A stretch of 64,000 nucleotides of DNA. Origin: Obrimoposthia wandeli (Eukaryota). Positions 11,690 through 24,418 of this stretch are shown here, one piece after another (positions within the stretch are counted from its first letter, which is position 1; every line of letters begins with the position of its first letter). The notes beneath the pieces are model-generated. The model made no database searches and was not told where the DNA came from. It saw only the letters and a program-made list of their open reading frames with translations. Where the stretch lies: positions 62,001 through 126,000 of the forward strand of contig CDROCS010006185.1 of assembly GCA_977020255.1 (NCBI GenBank). The letters run 5' to 3'. The position numbers and the translations under genes are program-made.

Positions 11690-14600
11690 TTACTTGTAAA
11701 CTACAATATTTATTTGTTGTTGTATATATTCAGTTGAAAATGTTGTAGTTATTACTTTAATATAATTTTCAACAAAAAACTTCAAGTAGTTTACTTATTA
11801 ATCATAAGTTTAATGTTTTGTATCATAAATTGACTTGTTAACATAATTTCTTTTGTTATAATTTCAATTTAATATGTTGTCACTTATTAATTTAATATAA
11901 TTTAAAAAAAAAAACTTCAAGTAGTTTACTTATTAAACATAAGTTTAATGTTTTGTACAATAAATTGACTTGTAAACATAATTTATTTTGATATATTTTC
12001 AATTTAATATGTTGTAAGTTATTACTTTTAATATAATTCTATAACAAAAACTTCAAGTAGTTTACTTATTAAACATAAGTTTAATGTTTTGTACAATAAA
12101 TTGACTTGTAAACATAATTTATTTTTGATATATTTTCAATTTAATATGTTGTAAGTTATTACTTTAATATAGTTTACAACAAAAGCTTATAATGTTACTT
12201 GTAAACTATAATATTTATTTGTTGTTGTATATATTTAGTTTAAATGTTGTAAGTTATTACTTTAATATAATTTACAACAAAAACTTCAAGTAGTTTACTT
12301 ATTAAACATAAGTTTAATGTTTTGTACAATAAATTGACTTGTAAACATAATTTATTTTTGATATATTTTCAATTTAATATGTAGTAAGTTATTACTTTAA
12401 TATAATTTTCAACAAAAACTTCAAGTAGTTTACTTATTAAACATAAGTTTAATGTTTTGTACAATAAATTGACTTGTAAACATAATTTATTTGATATATT
12501 TTCAATTTAATATGTTGTAAGTTATTACTTTAATATAATTTACAACAAAAAAAACTTCAAGTAGTTTACTTATTAAACATAAGTTTAATGTTTTGTACAA
12601 TAAATTGACTTGTAAACATAATTTATTTTGATATATTTTCAATTTAATATGTTGTAAGTTATTACTTTAATATAATTTACAACAAAAAACTTCAAGTTGT
12701 TTACTTATTAAACATAAGTTTAATGTTTTGTACAATAAATTGACTTGTAAACATAATTTATTTTGATATATTTTCAATTTAATATGTTGTAAGTTATTAC
12801 TTTAATATAATTTACAACAAAAACTTCAAGTAGTTTACTTATAAACCATAAGTTTAATGTTTTGTACAATAAATTTACTTGTATATATAATTTATTTTGA
12901 TATATTTTTTTCAATTTAATATGTTGTAAGTTATTACTTTAATATAATTTACAACAAAACTTCTAGTAATTTACTTGTAAACTACAATATTTATTTGTTG
13001 TTGTATATATTTAGTTTAAAATGTTGTTAGTTATTACTTTAATATAATTTTCAACAAAAACTTCGAGTAGTTTACTTATTAAACATAAGTTTAATGTTTT
13101 GTACAATAAATTGACTTGTTAACATAATATATTTATGCATATATTAACTTTAATATGTTGTAACTTATTACTTTAATATAATTTTCAACAAAAACTTCAA
13201 GTAGTTTACTTATTAATCATAAGTTTAATGTTTTGTACAATAATTTGACTTGTAAACATAATTTATTTTGATATATTTTCAATTTAATATGTTGTAAGTT
13301 ATTACTTTAATATAATTTACAACAAAAACTTCAAGTAATTTACTTGTAAACTACAATATTTATTTTGTTGTTGTATATATTCAGTTTAAAATGTTGTAAG
13401 TTAATACTTTAATATAATTTACAACCAAATCTTCAAGTAATTTACTCAATAATCATAATATTAATGATTTGATCAATAAATTGACTTGTAAACATAATAT
13501 AATTACGTGCATATTTTCAATTTAATATATTGTAGTTATTACTATAATATTACATTACATAAAAAAAGTAATTGATAGTTTACTATCGTTTACAATAAAT
13601 TTATGCATATATTCACTTTAATATGTTGTAAGTTATTACTTTATTATAATTTTCAACAAAAAAAAACTTCAAGTAATTGTTTACTTATTAAACATAAGTT
13701 TAATGTTTTTTTGTACAATAAATTGATTTGTATTTAACATACTTTATTTTGGTATATTTTCAATTTATATGTTGTAAGTTATTACTTTAATATAATTTAC
13801 AACCAAAACTTCAAGAAATTTACTTAATAATCATAATTTTAATGATTTGATCAATAAATTGTCTTGTAAACATAATATAATTTGCATATTTTCAATTTAA
13901 CACGTTGTAAGTTAATACTGTAATATTTCATTACATAAAAAAGTAATTCATAGCTGGTTTACTGTCGTTTACTATAAATTTACTTGTAAACATAATATAT
14001 TTATGCATTATTCACTTTAATACGTTTTAAGTTATTAGAATTTGTGTTCTTGTATTCAATGATTAACTTTTATTAAACTATTATATAACATTGACACTCT
14101 TATTTTTAAAAATTGACTTGTAAACATAATTTATTTTGATATATTTTCAATTTAATATGTTGTAAGTTATTACTTTAATATAATTTACAACAAAAACTTC
14201 TAGTAATTTACTTGTAAACTACAATATTTATTTGTTGTTGCATATATTTAGTTTAAAATGTTGTAAGTTATTACTTTAATATAATTTTCAACAAAAATTT
14301 CAAATGGTTACTTATTAAACATAAGTTTAATGTTTTGTACAATAAATTGACTTGTAAACATAATTTATTTTTGATATATTTTTCAAATTTAATATGTTGT
14401 AAGTTATTATACACAATATAATTTACAACAAAAACTTCAAGTAGTTTACTTATTAAACATAAGTTTAATGTTTTGTACAATAAATTGACTTGTAAACATA
14501 ATTTATTTTGATATATTTTCAATTTAATATGTTGTAAGTTATTACTAGTATATATTTAGTTTAAAATGTTGTAAGTTATTACTTTAATATAATTTTCAAC

Positions 14601-16760
14601 AAAAACTTCAAGTAGTTTACTTATTAAACATAAGTTTAATGTTTTGTACAATAAATTGACTTGTAAACACTTTTGCTGATTTTGATATATTTTCAATTTA
14701 ATATGTTGAATTATTGCTAATATAATTTACAACAAAAAACAAATGTTTACTTATTAAACTTAAGTTTAATGTTTTGTATCAAGACTTTAAACATATTTAT
14801 TTTGATATATTTTCAATTTAATATGTTGTAAGTTATTACTTTAATATAATTTACAACAAAAACTTCAAGTAGTTTACTTATTAAACATAAGTTTAATGTT
14901 TTGTACAATAAATTGACTTGTAAACATAATTTATTTTGATATATTTTCAATTTAATATGTTGTAAGTTATTACTTTAATATAATTTACAACAAAAAACTT
15001 CAAGTTGTTTACTTATTAAACATAAGTTTAATGTTTTGTACAATAAATTGACTTGTAAACATAATTTATTTTGATATTTTTTAATTTTATTATATTTGTT
15101 GTAGTTATTACTAAATATAATTTACAACAAAACTTTAAGTTGTTTCACTTATTAAACCTAAGTTTAATGTTTTGTACAATAAATTGACTTGTAAACATAT
15201 ATTTTTTTGATATATTTTCAATTTAATATATTGTAAGCTATTACTTTAATATAATTTACAATTAAAACTTCACTTCAAAGTTGTTTACTTATTAAACTTA
15301 AGTTTAATGTTTTTACACAATAAATTGACTTGTAAACATAATTTATTTTGATATATTTTCAATTTAATATGTTGTAAGTTATTATTACTTTAATATAATT
15401 TACAACAAAAAACTTCTAAGTAATTTACTTATTAAACTTAAGTTTAATGTTTTGTACAATAAATTGACTTGTAAACATAATTTATTTTGATATATTTTCA
15501 ATTTATATGTTGTAAGTTAGTACTTTAATATAATTTACAACAAAAAACTTCAAGTTGTTTACTTATTAAACATAAGTTTAATGTTTTGTACAATAAATTG
15601 ACTTGTAAACATAATTTATTTTGATATATTTTCAATTTAATATGTTGTAAGTTATTACTTTAATATAATTTACAACAAAAACTTCAAGTTGTTTACTTAT
15701 TAAACATAAGTTGTTTTGTACAATAAATTGACTTCTAATTTATTTTGATATATTTTCAATTTAATATATTTGTAAGTTATTACTATTGCTAAAAACTTCA
15801 TAAGTTGCTTTACTTATTAAACATAAGTTTAATGTTTTGTACAATAAATTGACTTGTAAACATAATTTATTTTGATATATTTTCAATTTAATATGTTGTA
15901 AGTTATTACTTTAATATAATTTACAACAAAACTTCAAGTAGTTTACTTATTAAACTTAAGTTTAATGTTTTGTACAATAAATTGACTTGTAAACATAATT
16001 TATTTTGATATATTTTCAATTTAATATGTTGTAAGTTATTACTTTAATATAATTTACAACAAAAAACTTCAATTATTTTACTTATTAAACTTAAGTTTAA
16101 TGTTTTGTACAATAAATTGACTTGTAAACATAATTTATTTTGATATATTTTCAATTTAATATGTTGTAAGTTATTACTTTAATATAATTTACAACAAAAA
16201 CTTCAAGTTGTTTACTTATTAAACATAAGTTTAATGTTTTGTACAATAAATTGACTTGTAAACATAATTTATTTTGATATATTTTCAATTTAATATGTTG
16301 TAAGTTATTACTTTAATATAATTTACAACAAAAACTTCAAGTAATTTACTTGTAAACTACAATATTTATTTTGTTGTTGTATATATTCAGTTTAAAATGT
16401 TGTAAGTTAATACTTTAATATAATTTACAACCAAATCTTCAAGTAATTTACTTAATAATCATAATATTAATGATTTGATCAATAAATTGACTTGTAAACA
16501 TAATATAATTTGCATATTTTCAATTTAATATATTGTAAGTTATTACTATAATATTACATTACATAAAAAAGTAATTGATAGTTTACTATCGTTTACAATA
16601 AATTTATGCATATATTCACTTTAATATGTTGTAAGTTATTACTTTATTATAATTTTCAACAAAAAAACTTCAAGTAGTTTACTTATTAAACATAAGTTTA
16701 ATGTTTTGTACAATAAATTGACTTGTAAACATAATATATTTATGCATTATTCACTTTAAT
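11690..16760. repeat. Satellite B, ~134-bp very AT-rich unit with recurring variant blocks
   Basis: AGTTATTACT anchors at 15901, 16034, 16169 and 16303. Confidence 0.95.
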
Positions 16761-16831
16761 ACGTTTTAAGTTATTAGAATTTGTGTTCTTGTATTCAATG
16801 ATTAACTTTTATTAAACTATTATATAACATT

Positions 16832-17775
16832 GACACTCTTATTTTTAAAAAATTACATTCACTTGCTAAACCCACTTACTTGTATTGAAAATTCAAACTA
16901 TCAATCACTTGCTCGTCATACTTGCATTCAATCTAACTATAATTTATTCAACAAAAACTCTATTTTAATTTACTTATAGTCTAAATTACACTTGCATTCA
17001 ATCAAACTATCGACACTCTTTTTTTTTAAAATTACATTCACTTGCTAAACCCACTTACTTGTATTGAAAATTCAAACTATCAATCTTGCTCGTCATACTT
17101 GCATTCAATCTAACTATAATTTATTCAACGAAAACTCTATTTTAATTTACTTATAGTCTAAATTACACTTGCATTCAATCAAACTATCGACACTCTTATT
17201 TTTTAAAATTACATTCACTTGCTAAACCCACGTACTTGTATTGAAAATTCAAACTATCAATCACTTGCTCGTCATACTTGCATTCAATCTAACTATAATT
17301 TATTCAACAAAAACTCTATTTTGATTTACTTATAGTCTAAATTACACTTGCATTCAATCAAACTATCGACACTCTTATTTTTTAAAATTACATTCACTTG
17401 CTAAACCCACTTACTTGTATTGAAAATTCAAACTATCAAACACTTGCTCGTCATACTTGCATTCAATCTAACTATAATTTATTCAACAAAAAACTCTATT
17501 TTAATTTACTTATAGTCTAAATTACACTTGCATTCAATCAAACTATCGACACTCTTATTTTTAAAATTACATTCACTTGCTAAACCCACTTACTTGTATT
17601 GAAAATTCAAACTATCAATCACTTGCTCGTCATACTTGCATTCAATCTAACTATAATTTATTCAACAAAAACTCTATTTTAATTTACTTATAGTCTAAAT
17701 TACACTTGCATTCAATCAAACTATCGACACTCTTATTTTTAAATTACATTCACTTGCTAAACCCTCTTACTTGTA
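16832..17775. repeat. Satellite A, inverted, ~5 copies
   Basis: ACTTGCTAAA anchors at 16861, 17040, 17217, 17396, 17575 and 17752. Confidence 0.95.
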
Positions 17776-18542
17776 AATGACATTCATACTTGCATGCATA
17801 ATTTTATTCATTTACATTCATTCTACCTCTCATTTATTCAAACTCTCATTCAAATATTCAAATAAATTAATATTTTACTAATTTTCTATTAATTCCGTTG
17901 TAACTTAGTCGTTGAAACGAAAAGAATGTATAAAGAATGGACTTTCTTACTTTGTAAATGTTATTCACTTAAGTTTGAAGATGATATTATGAAATTACAT
18001 AATAAATGTGTTTAATTTTGTATTATTCTCTGACTTCTTTCTTATTTTATTTTAATATATAATTGAAGTTATTTAAAGAAATTTTATCATAATTCTATAA
18101 ATGTGAAAAACCTAGGAAAATAATTTGATCTAAACTTTCACATAGAATAGTGTGTGTGTTAAAAACCACATTCCTTAACTGATAAGAGTGAACTTTAGCC
18201 TTGATTTTCACATAGAATAGTGTGTGTATGATTACGTCATACATTCTTAATTGTTAAGTGTGAACTTTATCATAAATTTTCATTATGGACTAGATCACAA
18301 AAAGAAGGGTGGAGACTAGATCACTAAAAGATGGATGGAGACTAAGCCACTTTACCCTTTCATAGTGATATAACTCAAAAAGAAGGGTGGAGACTAAGCC
18401 ACTTTACCCTTTCATAGTGGTATATCTCAAAAAGAAGGGTGGAGACTAAGCCACTTTACCCTTTCATAGTGATATATCTCAAAAAGAAGGGTGGAGACTA
18501 AGCCACTTTACCCTTTAAACTATGGACGACCATAGTAGTATA

Positions 18543-18798
18543 TCAAGGAAGGATGGAGTCTAAGCCACTTGACCCTCCCCTCCCTCCCGCCTCCGCCTCC
18601 CTCTAAAGGTGTCACTCCATAAGGGTGTCACACCATAAAAGGTGTCTTGCCATACCATAAGGGTATATGTTGGGTCACCGAAGGTGAGGCAACATATACC
18701 CTTATGGTGTGGCAAGATCTTTGATGTGACATCCTTATGGAGTGACACCCTTTAGGGGGGGGGGTCAAGTGGCTTAGACTCCATCCTTCCACCTACTG
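18543..18798. repeat. Right terminal self-palindromic module (inverted copy)
   Basis: Reverse complement of 7383-7647 with few differences. Confidence 0.85.
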
Positions 18799-19160
18799 AA
18801 TACAAATGAATTTTTATCCAGAGACTGAATAGTATTAAATAGAGTTATAAGAAAATATTTGGGTATTGAAGAAAAATAGAAATGTTAATTTATACAATGT
18901 ACAGTGCAGAATTAGTGAATTTATGCCTTCAGAAAGAGCGAAATCCAAACTTAAGGGTTTGCATATATTATTGTCAAACATAGGGCAGCATGGGAAAAGA
19001 AGTAAATGTGTTGTGGGCGAAAAGCTACAATGGAGTAATGGTAATATGTTTATAATTCCTCAATACAATAACATCAAGATTTTACCAGGACATCAACAGT
19101 CCCTAAATACATTGCAAACTGTTACTCTCAAGATGATTGAACCACTTAGAAGTATATGTA

Positions 19161-19661
19161 TGTACAGTAAAAATAGCACCATCATTGCGCAATGATTTAT
19201 TCCAAATGTTCATCGTTTTTGTCTGATAATTCTTAATTTAGAACATTATTATCTACAACACCATCGAGCCAAATATTCAATGTACATTGAAACAATGATA
19301 AAAAGTCATTGAAATGATATGACAAGTCTCACATATGAACTGTAGAACGATTATAACTATTGATGACTTAGAATAACAATAAAAATAGAATGCACGAAAA
19401 AACAACGATAATTACAATTACAATTCTAACGTTTTCAGAAACTTTAAAATTTACAGAACGAACAAATACGTTTTACAGCGTGATTTGAAAGATTGGAATA
19501 CAAACTAATTACCATTTGAAATGGAGGACGTCTAAACCAACGCACATTCAAATAAGGCCTGATCACCTCAATAACCCATCCCATTTATTGCATAATCATA
19601 ATGAGGATACTCAGTCAAAGGAGAAGACAATTGTTGATGTAAGCGCTGTAGTCCATTGAAT
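19161..19661. repeat. ~500-bp direct repeat, copy 2
   Basis: Near-identical to 3651-4152. Confidence 0.9.
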
Positions 19662-19899
19662 TGACGTTTCTATTTAATGAGATCGTTTTACACAAACTTC
19701 TCTAAAGTTCACTGGTAAACTTTAAACAACGTTTAAATATGTAGATTTAGAAAATTTTACTGAATGTAATCTATTGTTTGTCAGTTATATTTCTTTATAA
19801 ACTTATTTAAACACATTTAAAGAATGTCGTTAAAAATCTAATTAGAGATTTTATTGTGTTTTGATAAAAAAAGAAGCATTACATCGTTAAGTTATTAAA

Positions 19900-20330
19900 A
19901 CTTTTATTCACTTTAATTAACTAAAATAATCAAAACGGGGATTAAAACTGCATTTGTTGAAATTTTGAGAATACATTCGAAAGTTGAATACAGATGAAAG
20001 TTGTTTACGGCTTTTGTTTCCAACTCTCAATAATATATGTTTAAAAGTTTTGCTAGTTGGTGTTAAATCGATATTTTGCTGATGAACACCAATGATACCC
20101 ATTCATTTATTTTGATATCATTTTACATCGTTTTGATACCGAATGATAATAACCAACAATTCTTTCGCGTCCATTACCTTTCCCTCAAGGTTATCATGTT
20201 CTAAAATCCAGACATTCTTATCGGGCAAATCTTCCTTGGATGATAAGGGAAAACTGTTTGCTATTTCCAATACATATTTACACACATGATCAATTGGTCG
20301 ACCAAGGCACTTAAAGGTGCAGTTCATATC
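19900..20330 (-). pseudogene. PSMD7: PSMD7/Rpn8 relic B (frameshifted, internally deleted)
   Basis: VLEIANSFPLSSKEDLPDKNVWILEHDNLE versus [30 protein letters not shown]; also NDIKINE and TPTSKTFKH. Confidence 0.78.
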
Positions 20331-20409
20331 TTGGCCTAGGATTAGCCCATTCAAATCTCAAATTAACTGTTAATAAATTGTTCCATAGTAAAAATAAAAT
20401 ATGTCGGCA

Positions 20410-20682
20410 TTAAACTTTAATGAAAGCATAATCTGCGCTATCTGTCAAGCTTAAATTTGAATAAAATTTCAGTGGTGTGCCAGACAGCCTCAGTGCTGCA
20501 ATTGTAGCTAAATTATCTTCTACAAGAAGTAGTTTTGCCCTAATTTCCAATGCCCTAAACCAGGTCTCAACGTCCTCACTTCCATCAAAATTGAGAAAAC
20601 GTTCAAATTTCTGATTACTGCTGCAAAAGGCTTGTTCCATAGTAAAAATCAAAGATGTCGACAAAAATTCACTTGTATTCAA
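20410..20682 (-). mobile_element. LTR-retrotransposon gag fragment
   Basis: FDGSEDVETWFRALE...AALRLSGTPLKFY resembles the Gypsy gag 'FxG.EDVxxW..L.G.A..WY' pattern. Confidence 0.6.
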
Positions 20683-22344
20683 CTTTCTAAACTCTACTAC
20701 TCAATTCCGAATAGTTAAACAAATTGATCACATAAATTAACAATAATAGTAATGTTGCAACTAGATTTTGGATAAGTTTTCATTAAAAAAATCCCACGCA
20801 AAATTGCATAAAATTTACATTTATCATCAAAATACAGATATTTCTGGAATCATTTGTTTTGCAAAATTCAAGTTAGAAATTAAATACGATTTAATACCTT
20901 CGCCGATTATTAGATTTAATAGGGTCTATTCGGCTAATCACACCATATCTCGTTTCTTAATCCTTATTTTTCATAAATATATCCAGAAATCTGAGCCACG
21001 TATAATTCATAGCTGGCAAATGGAACTATTTTTAAACCTGTTGATCTTTGTAACGCGAGAACGGAAGCTGAGCTATCAACACAACTGACACAATTGCCAG
21101 ACTGGCATTTTCAGACAGCGACGTTTCTCATTGAATGTAATAGTTGGGAGAGTTGATTTATACAAATTATACTAATAAATGATGGCTAGAACGATGACAT
21201 CCGCCATAGTTGAGATAAAACATAATTGAGATTCTGAAATATATTATGAGCTAACGACAGTATAGGGTCTTTTGTTTTCCGTGATTTTTCAATTTAATTG
21301 GCGATTTCAAAGGGGATGGCCGGGTTAAATCGTTCTAAAATTGTTGCAATAATGACTCTAGCAGGTGTTGTGTTTTCAGAGTTCAGTTAAAAAATTATGT
21401 TATAAAAGATTCAGTCACATATCTAATTACTTTGCCAATAATTATATACAAAATAAATAATCATTTTCATATGAAATTAATTAGACAGTAGCATATTTAG
21501 TAAAATAAAAACGTTCACAAAATAGCTAAGCAGTTCTTGAAGATATGGAAATTTTAATAAGTAGGTTAGGTTTAAATGATGTGAAAAATATTCTCAAAAA
21601 GTGCGTTTATAGACGATTTGGGTTATGAAACATTTACCAAAATTATAAATTAATTATCTGAGGCTGCGTAGAAAATTTCATATTTATAAATGTTGTTCTT
21701 TTAATTTTAAATTGTTCCCGGGTTATTTTAGAATATTAGGTTTACTATTATTTATAAATAAATTCATAAAATATGTTTTAACAAAGCTAAATTAGGAACA
21801 ATAATTACCTTCTAAATTACACATATCGGCCACTGCATCATATTTAAATTCATTTTTTCAAATTAGGTTACAATGGATTTTCTTTATGTCGATAAAACAT
21901 TTCTTCAAAATTGTATTTATCAAAATGAACTTTTGGTTAATTCCCCCATAGTAAAACAATAAAATTCATATAATCACTAAAATTCATACCAAAATTGCCA
22001 GATATTCGTTCAAATTTATTCAAAAATGTATCCTCTTTTATTTTAAAATTACAGCACAGATATGCAAATAGTTGTTAACTTAATACACAATATTTGAATC
22101 TACGAAATAATTTAATTTCCTAGATAAAAATAACTAACATACAAAATTTGGGGCAATGCCCGACTTTTATGGCATCTTGTTAGTCAATTCAAATAAGTCA
22201 ATGCTACGTCAGAAGACGAACTGGACTTTTAAATGCATTGTTCATCACCGTTTGGTGTACGTGTGTGCAATTAGTCGTGTAAGACGAATGTATTTTTGAA
22301 TTTTGAAATTAGTACTGGTGAAGTCGCGAAAGAATATACTGAGG

Positions 22345-22815
22345 TTTATAAGATTACTGTACATCCAATTGTTCGTCTCAGTGTTGTTGATCATTGGAAA
22401 GCATTTATGTAGATATACATAATTGTTGATTGGTATCATTCAGAAAGAAAATGACGCCATATGATATCAAAATAAATGAATTGTTTAATACATATTACCA
22501 TCATCAGTAAGATAACGGTGGATTACCAGCTGACACATAAATTACTATTGACGAAATTCATGACGATGGAACTTTGACTACCAGAACATTAAACATATCT
22601 CTGAACTTATCTCTTCAGAAAAAAATGGCGACATCAATTCATTGACCACACTCCAAACACTGCTGCCAGGCCATTAAATTAATATGAAGATTGAACGAGC
22701 ATAGTAAATTATGAAACCCAGGATGACCATAAAGAAGACTAATTATAACTTATCATAATAATGCCCTATATGGATTTATACAGTAAGGCCAATTAAATAA
22801 TGTTAATTGATGATG
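22345..22815 (+). pseudogene. PSMD7: PSMD7/Rpn8 relic A (frameshifted, internally deleted)
   Basis: KITVHPIVRLSVVDHW / IIVDWYHS / YDIKINELF / GLPADT*ITIDEIHDDGTLTTRT versus PSMD7 VHPLVLLSVVDHF / RIVGWYHT / NDIAINELM / [23 protein letters not shown]. Confidence 0.8.
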
Positions 22816-22981
22816 ATATTGTATGCAAGATTTAGGAAAATTAAGTTAAAGTTAAATGACAAATTCCAAAGTAACAACGGCCTCTTGTATGAGTAAGCCA
22901 CATGTCCCTAGTGAATAATGGTACGTTAGTTTTGAACTTTGACACTCTAAACGTGCTGTACTATTCTGCGACCTAGCCCAC

Positions 22982-23177
22982 CTCCACTGTTCGATAGTAG
23001 CTGTCGAGAAGTATCTGCGCGAGTGAGGTCAGCTGCGGAGTCCGGTCCCAGCCGTCAGAACAGTGAATGATGACGGAGCGTCCGTCGTCGTCGACTGTTT
23101 TGGCAACATCGGCGGCTGACTTAAGCAGTTTGCTCAGGTACTTCAGCCAGTACGAGTTCTCGAATGCTGTCAGCCAA
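22982..23177 (-). CDS. MTMR3/MTMR4: MTMR3/4-like exon 7 (catalytic HCSDGWDRT motif intact)
   Basis: WLTAFENSYWLKYL...VIIHCSDGWDRTPQLTSLAQILLDSYYRTVE; DRTPQ is typical of MTMR3/4; CX5R is intact, so it is predicted to be active. Confidence 0.97.
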
Positions 23178-23353
23178 CTGCAACAGTCAATGGTTTGGAA
23201 CAATCAGTTTGGTAGCAGCTGTGGTCCACCTCGTCACATGTGCACATAAGACTCTTCATTGACATTTTTCTCGGCATACGGCAACAAAAACTACGGAATC
23301 TACGGCTTAATTCATTAACGCGCGATGGTCTATTCGGACACTCAGGTACTCAC

Positions 23354-23540
23354 TTGTCGGAATTTTTCGCAAACATGGAGATGTAGTCGAAAGAGGCTCT
23401 GACGCTGTGGATATTCTCTAACTGCATGAACATGATCTCCGCCTCTCCATAGTAATCGGAATATTCCACTCCGCCACCTCGGATTCGATTGAACTGAGCT
23501 GTGGAATAATGTCTCGCGTCAACGATCACCAGCTTCTTGT
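23354..23540 (-). CDS. MTMR3/MTMR4: MTMR3/4-like exon 6
   Basis: KKLVIVDARHYSTAQFNRIRGGGVEYSDYYGEAEIMFMQLENIHSVR; conserved DAR...N..GGG.E...Y.....F....NIH motif; donor GTGAGT. Confidence 0.95.
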
Positions 23541-23648
23541 CTGCGAGAGCCGGATTGCGTATTTCATGATGTCATCGAGAAATAAATATGGTTTACTCAT
23601 AAAAACGAACAAAATAAATTTATTTAAATACATAATCTTGAAACTTAC

Positions 23649-23773
23649 TGGGGCTCGATGTGAGACAGGCAACTACTTCTTTGAAGAAGGTCTCATCATT
23701 AGTGTTGCGCCACCACATAAGGCCGACTTGCGGCTGAGCACATCGTATTATCACAGCACCGTTCTTCTGCGAC
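23649..23773 (-). CDS. MTMR3/MTMR4: MTMR3/4-like exon 5
   Basis: KNGAVIIRCAQPQVGLMWWRNTNDE matches MTMR3 'NGAVIARCGQPEVSWWGWRNADDE'; donor GTAAGT. Confidence 0.93.
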
Positions 23774-23889
23774 CTAGAAATAAGTTAAATGGAAAAACAT
23801 AAATAACTTTATTTCAAGGATCATATAAAATAAATATACAAAAACGCGAATTAGATTGTCTGATCCTCACTGAATTAGATAATTATGGG

Positions 23890-24138
23890 TTTCATTTTAG
23901 AAGTTTCCCTCAATGCATTAATCAAATCAGTGACTGTTTGCTATTCTTGGGTGCATATGTCTGAATGACAAACGTCCAAAAGACTTAAATTAGGTCAAAC
24001 TCTTCCATCCCTCTTTCTACGCATGTGCAATGAGAAGGAGACCCATCTTGTTGAAATAACAGTAACTCTTGATTATATTCACGTAATTCTTTGTGGTATC
24101 AACAGTCCTCAACATAGCTCCAGTTTTGACTCACCCTG
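23890..24138 (-). mobile_element. Deleted Tc1/mariner remnant in MTMR intron 4
   Basis: TA|CAGGGTGAGTCAAAA terminus, LFQQDGSPSH and a PNLSLLD trace. Confidence 0.65.
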
Positions 24139-24418
24139 TACATTTAATCTAGATTATTGTGTCGGCTAAATTGATACGATGAAGAATTGTGATTAGGAGT
24201 CGACCTCCTACTAGAAGCTCCATCAAATAGAAGCGCATGAGTATGGTACGGTATGAAATATGTTAAACTGTTTGGATAATATAGCAATTACAAATATATT
24301 CTGGCCGAGGAGAAATGTAAAATGTATTAGTTGTTAAAGCGTAATATTAAATTATTTTAGTTAATATTTACTAGTCTTTTCACGGTCTTTGCAATACAAA
24401 TTTCCACAAATTGCTCAC

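Larger units (their letters stand above)
7383..18798. mobile_element. Non-autonomous foldback-type DNA element (11.4 kb) with long modular inverted arms
   Basis: 7383-8420 is the reverse complement of ~17770-18798; satellite A is inverted on both sides; termini CAGTAGG..CCTACTG; flanking direct repeat AATA (or GAATAC with the boundary shifted 1 bp). Confidence 0.85.

Noticed and set aside
8430-17775. ORFs 9608-9859, 9875-10060, 11484-11699 and 14271-14522
   Set aside because: Chance frames in satellite DNA.
18560-18748. 62-aa ORF
   Set aside because: It lies in the non-coding palindromic cap.
3651-19661. Paired LTRs of one 16-kb retrotransposon
   Set aside because: The repeats do not end in CA, and there is no PBS/PPT, TSD or pol between them.
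23067-23802. Plus-strand ORFs 23067-23249 and 23509-23802
   Set aside because: Antisense shadows of GC-rich MTMR exons.
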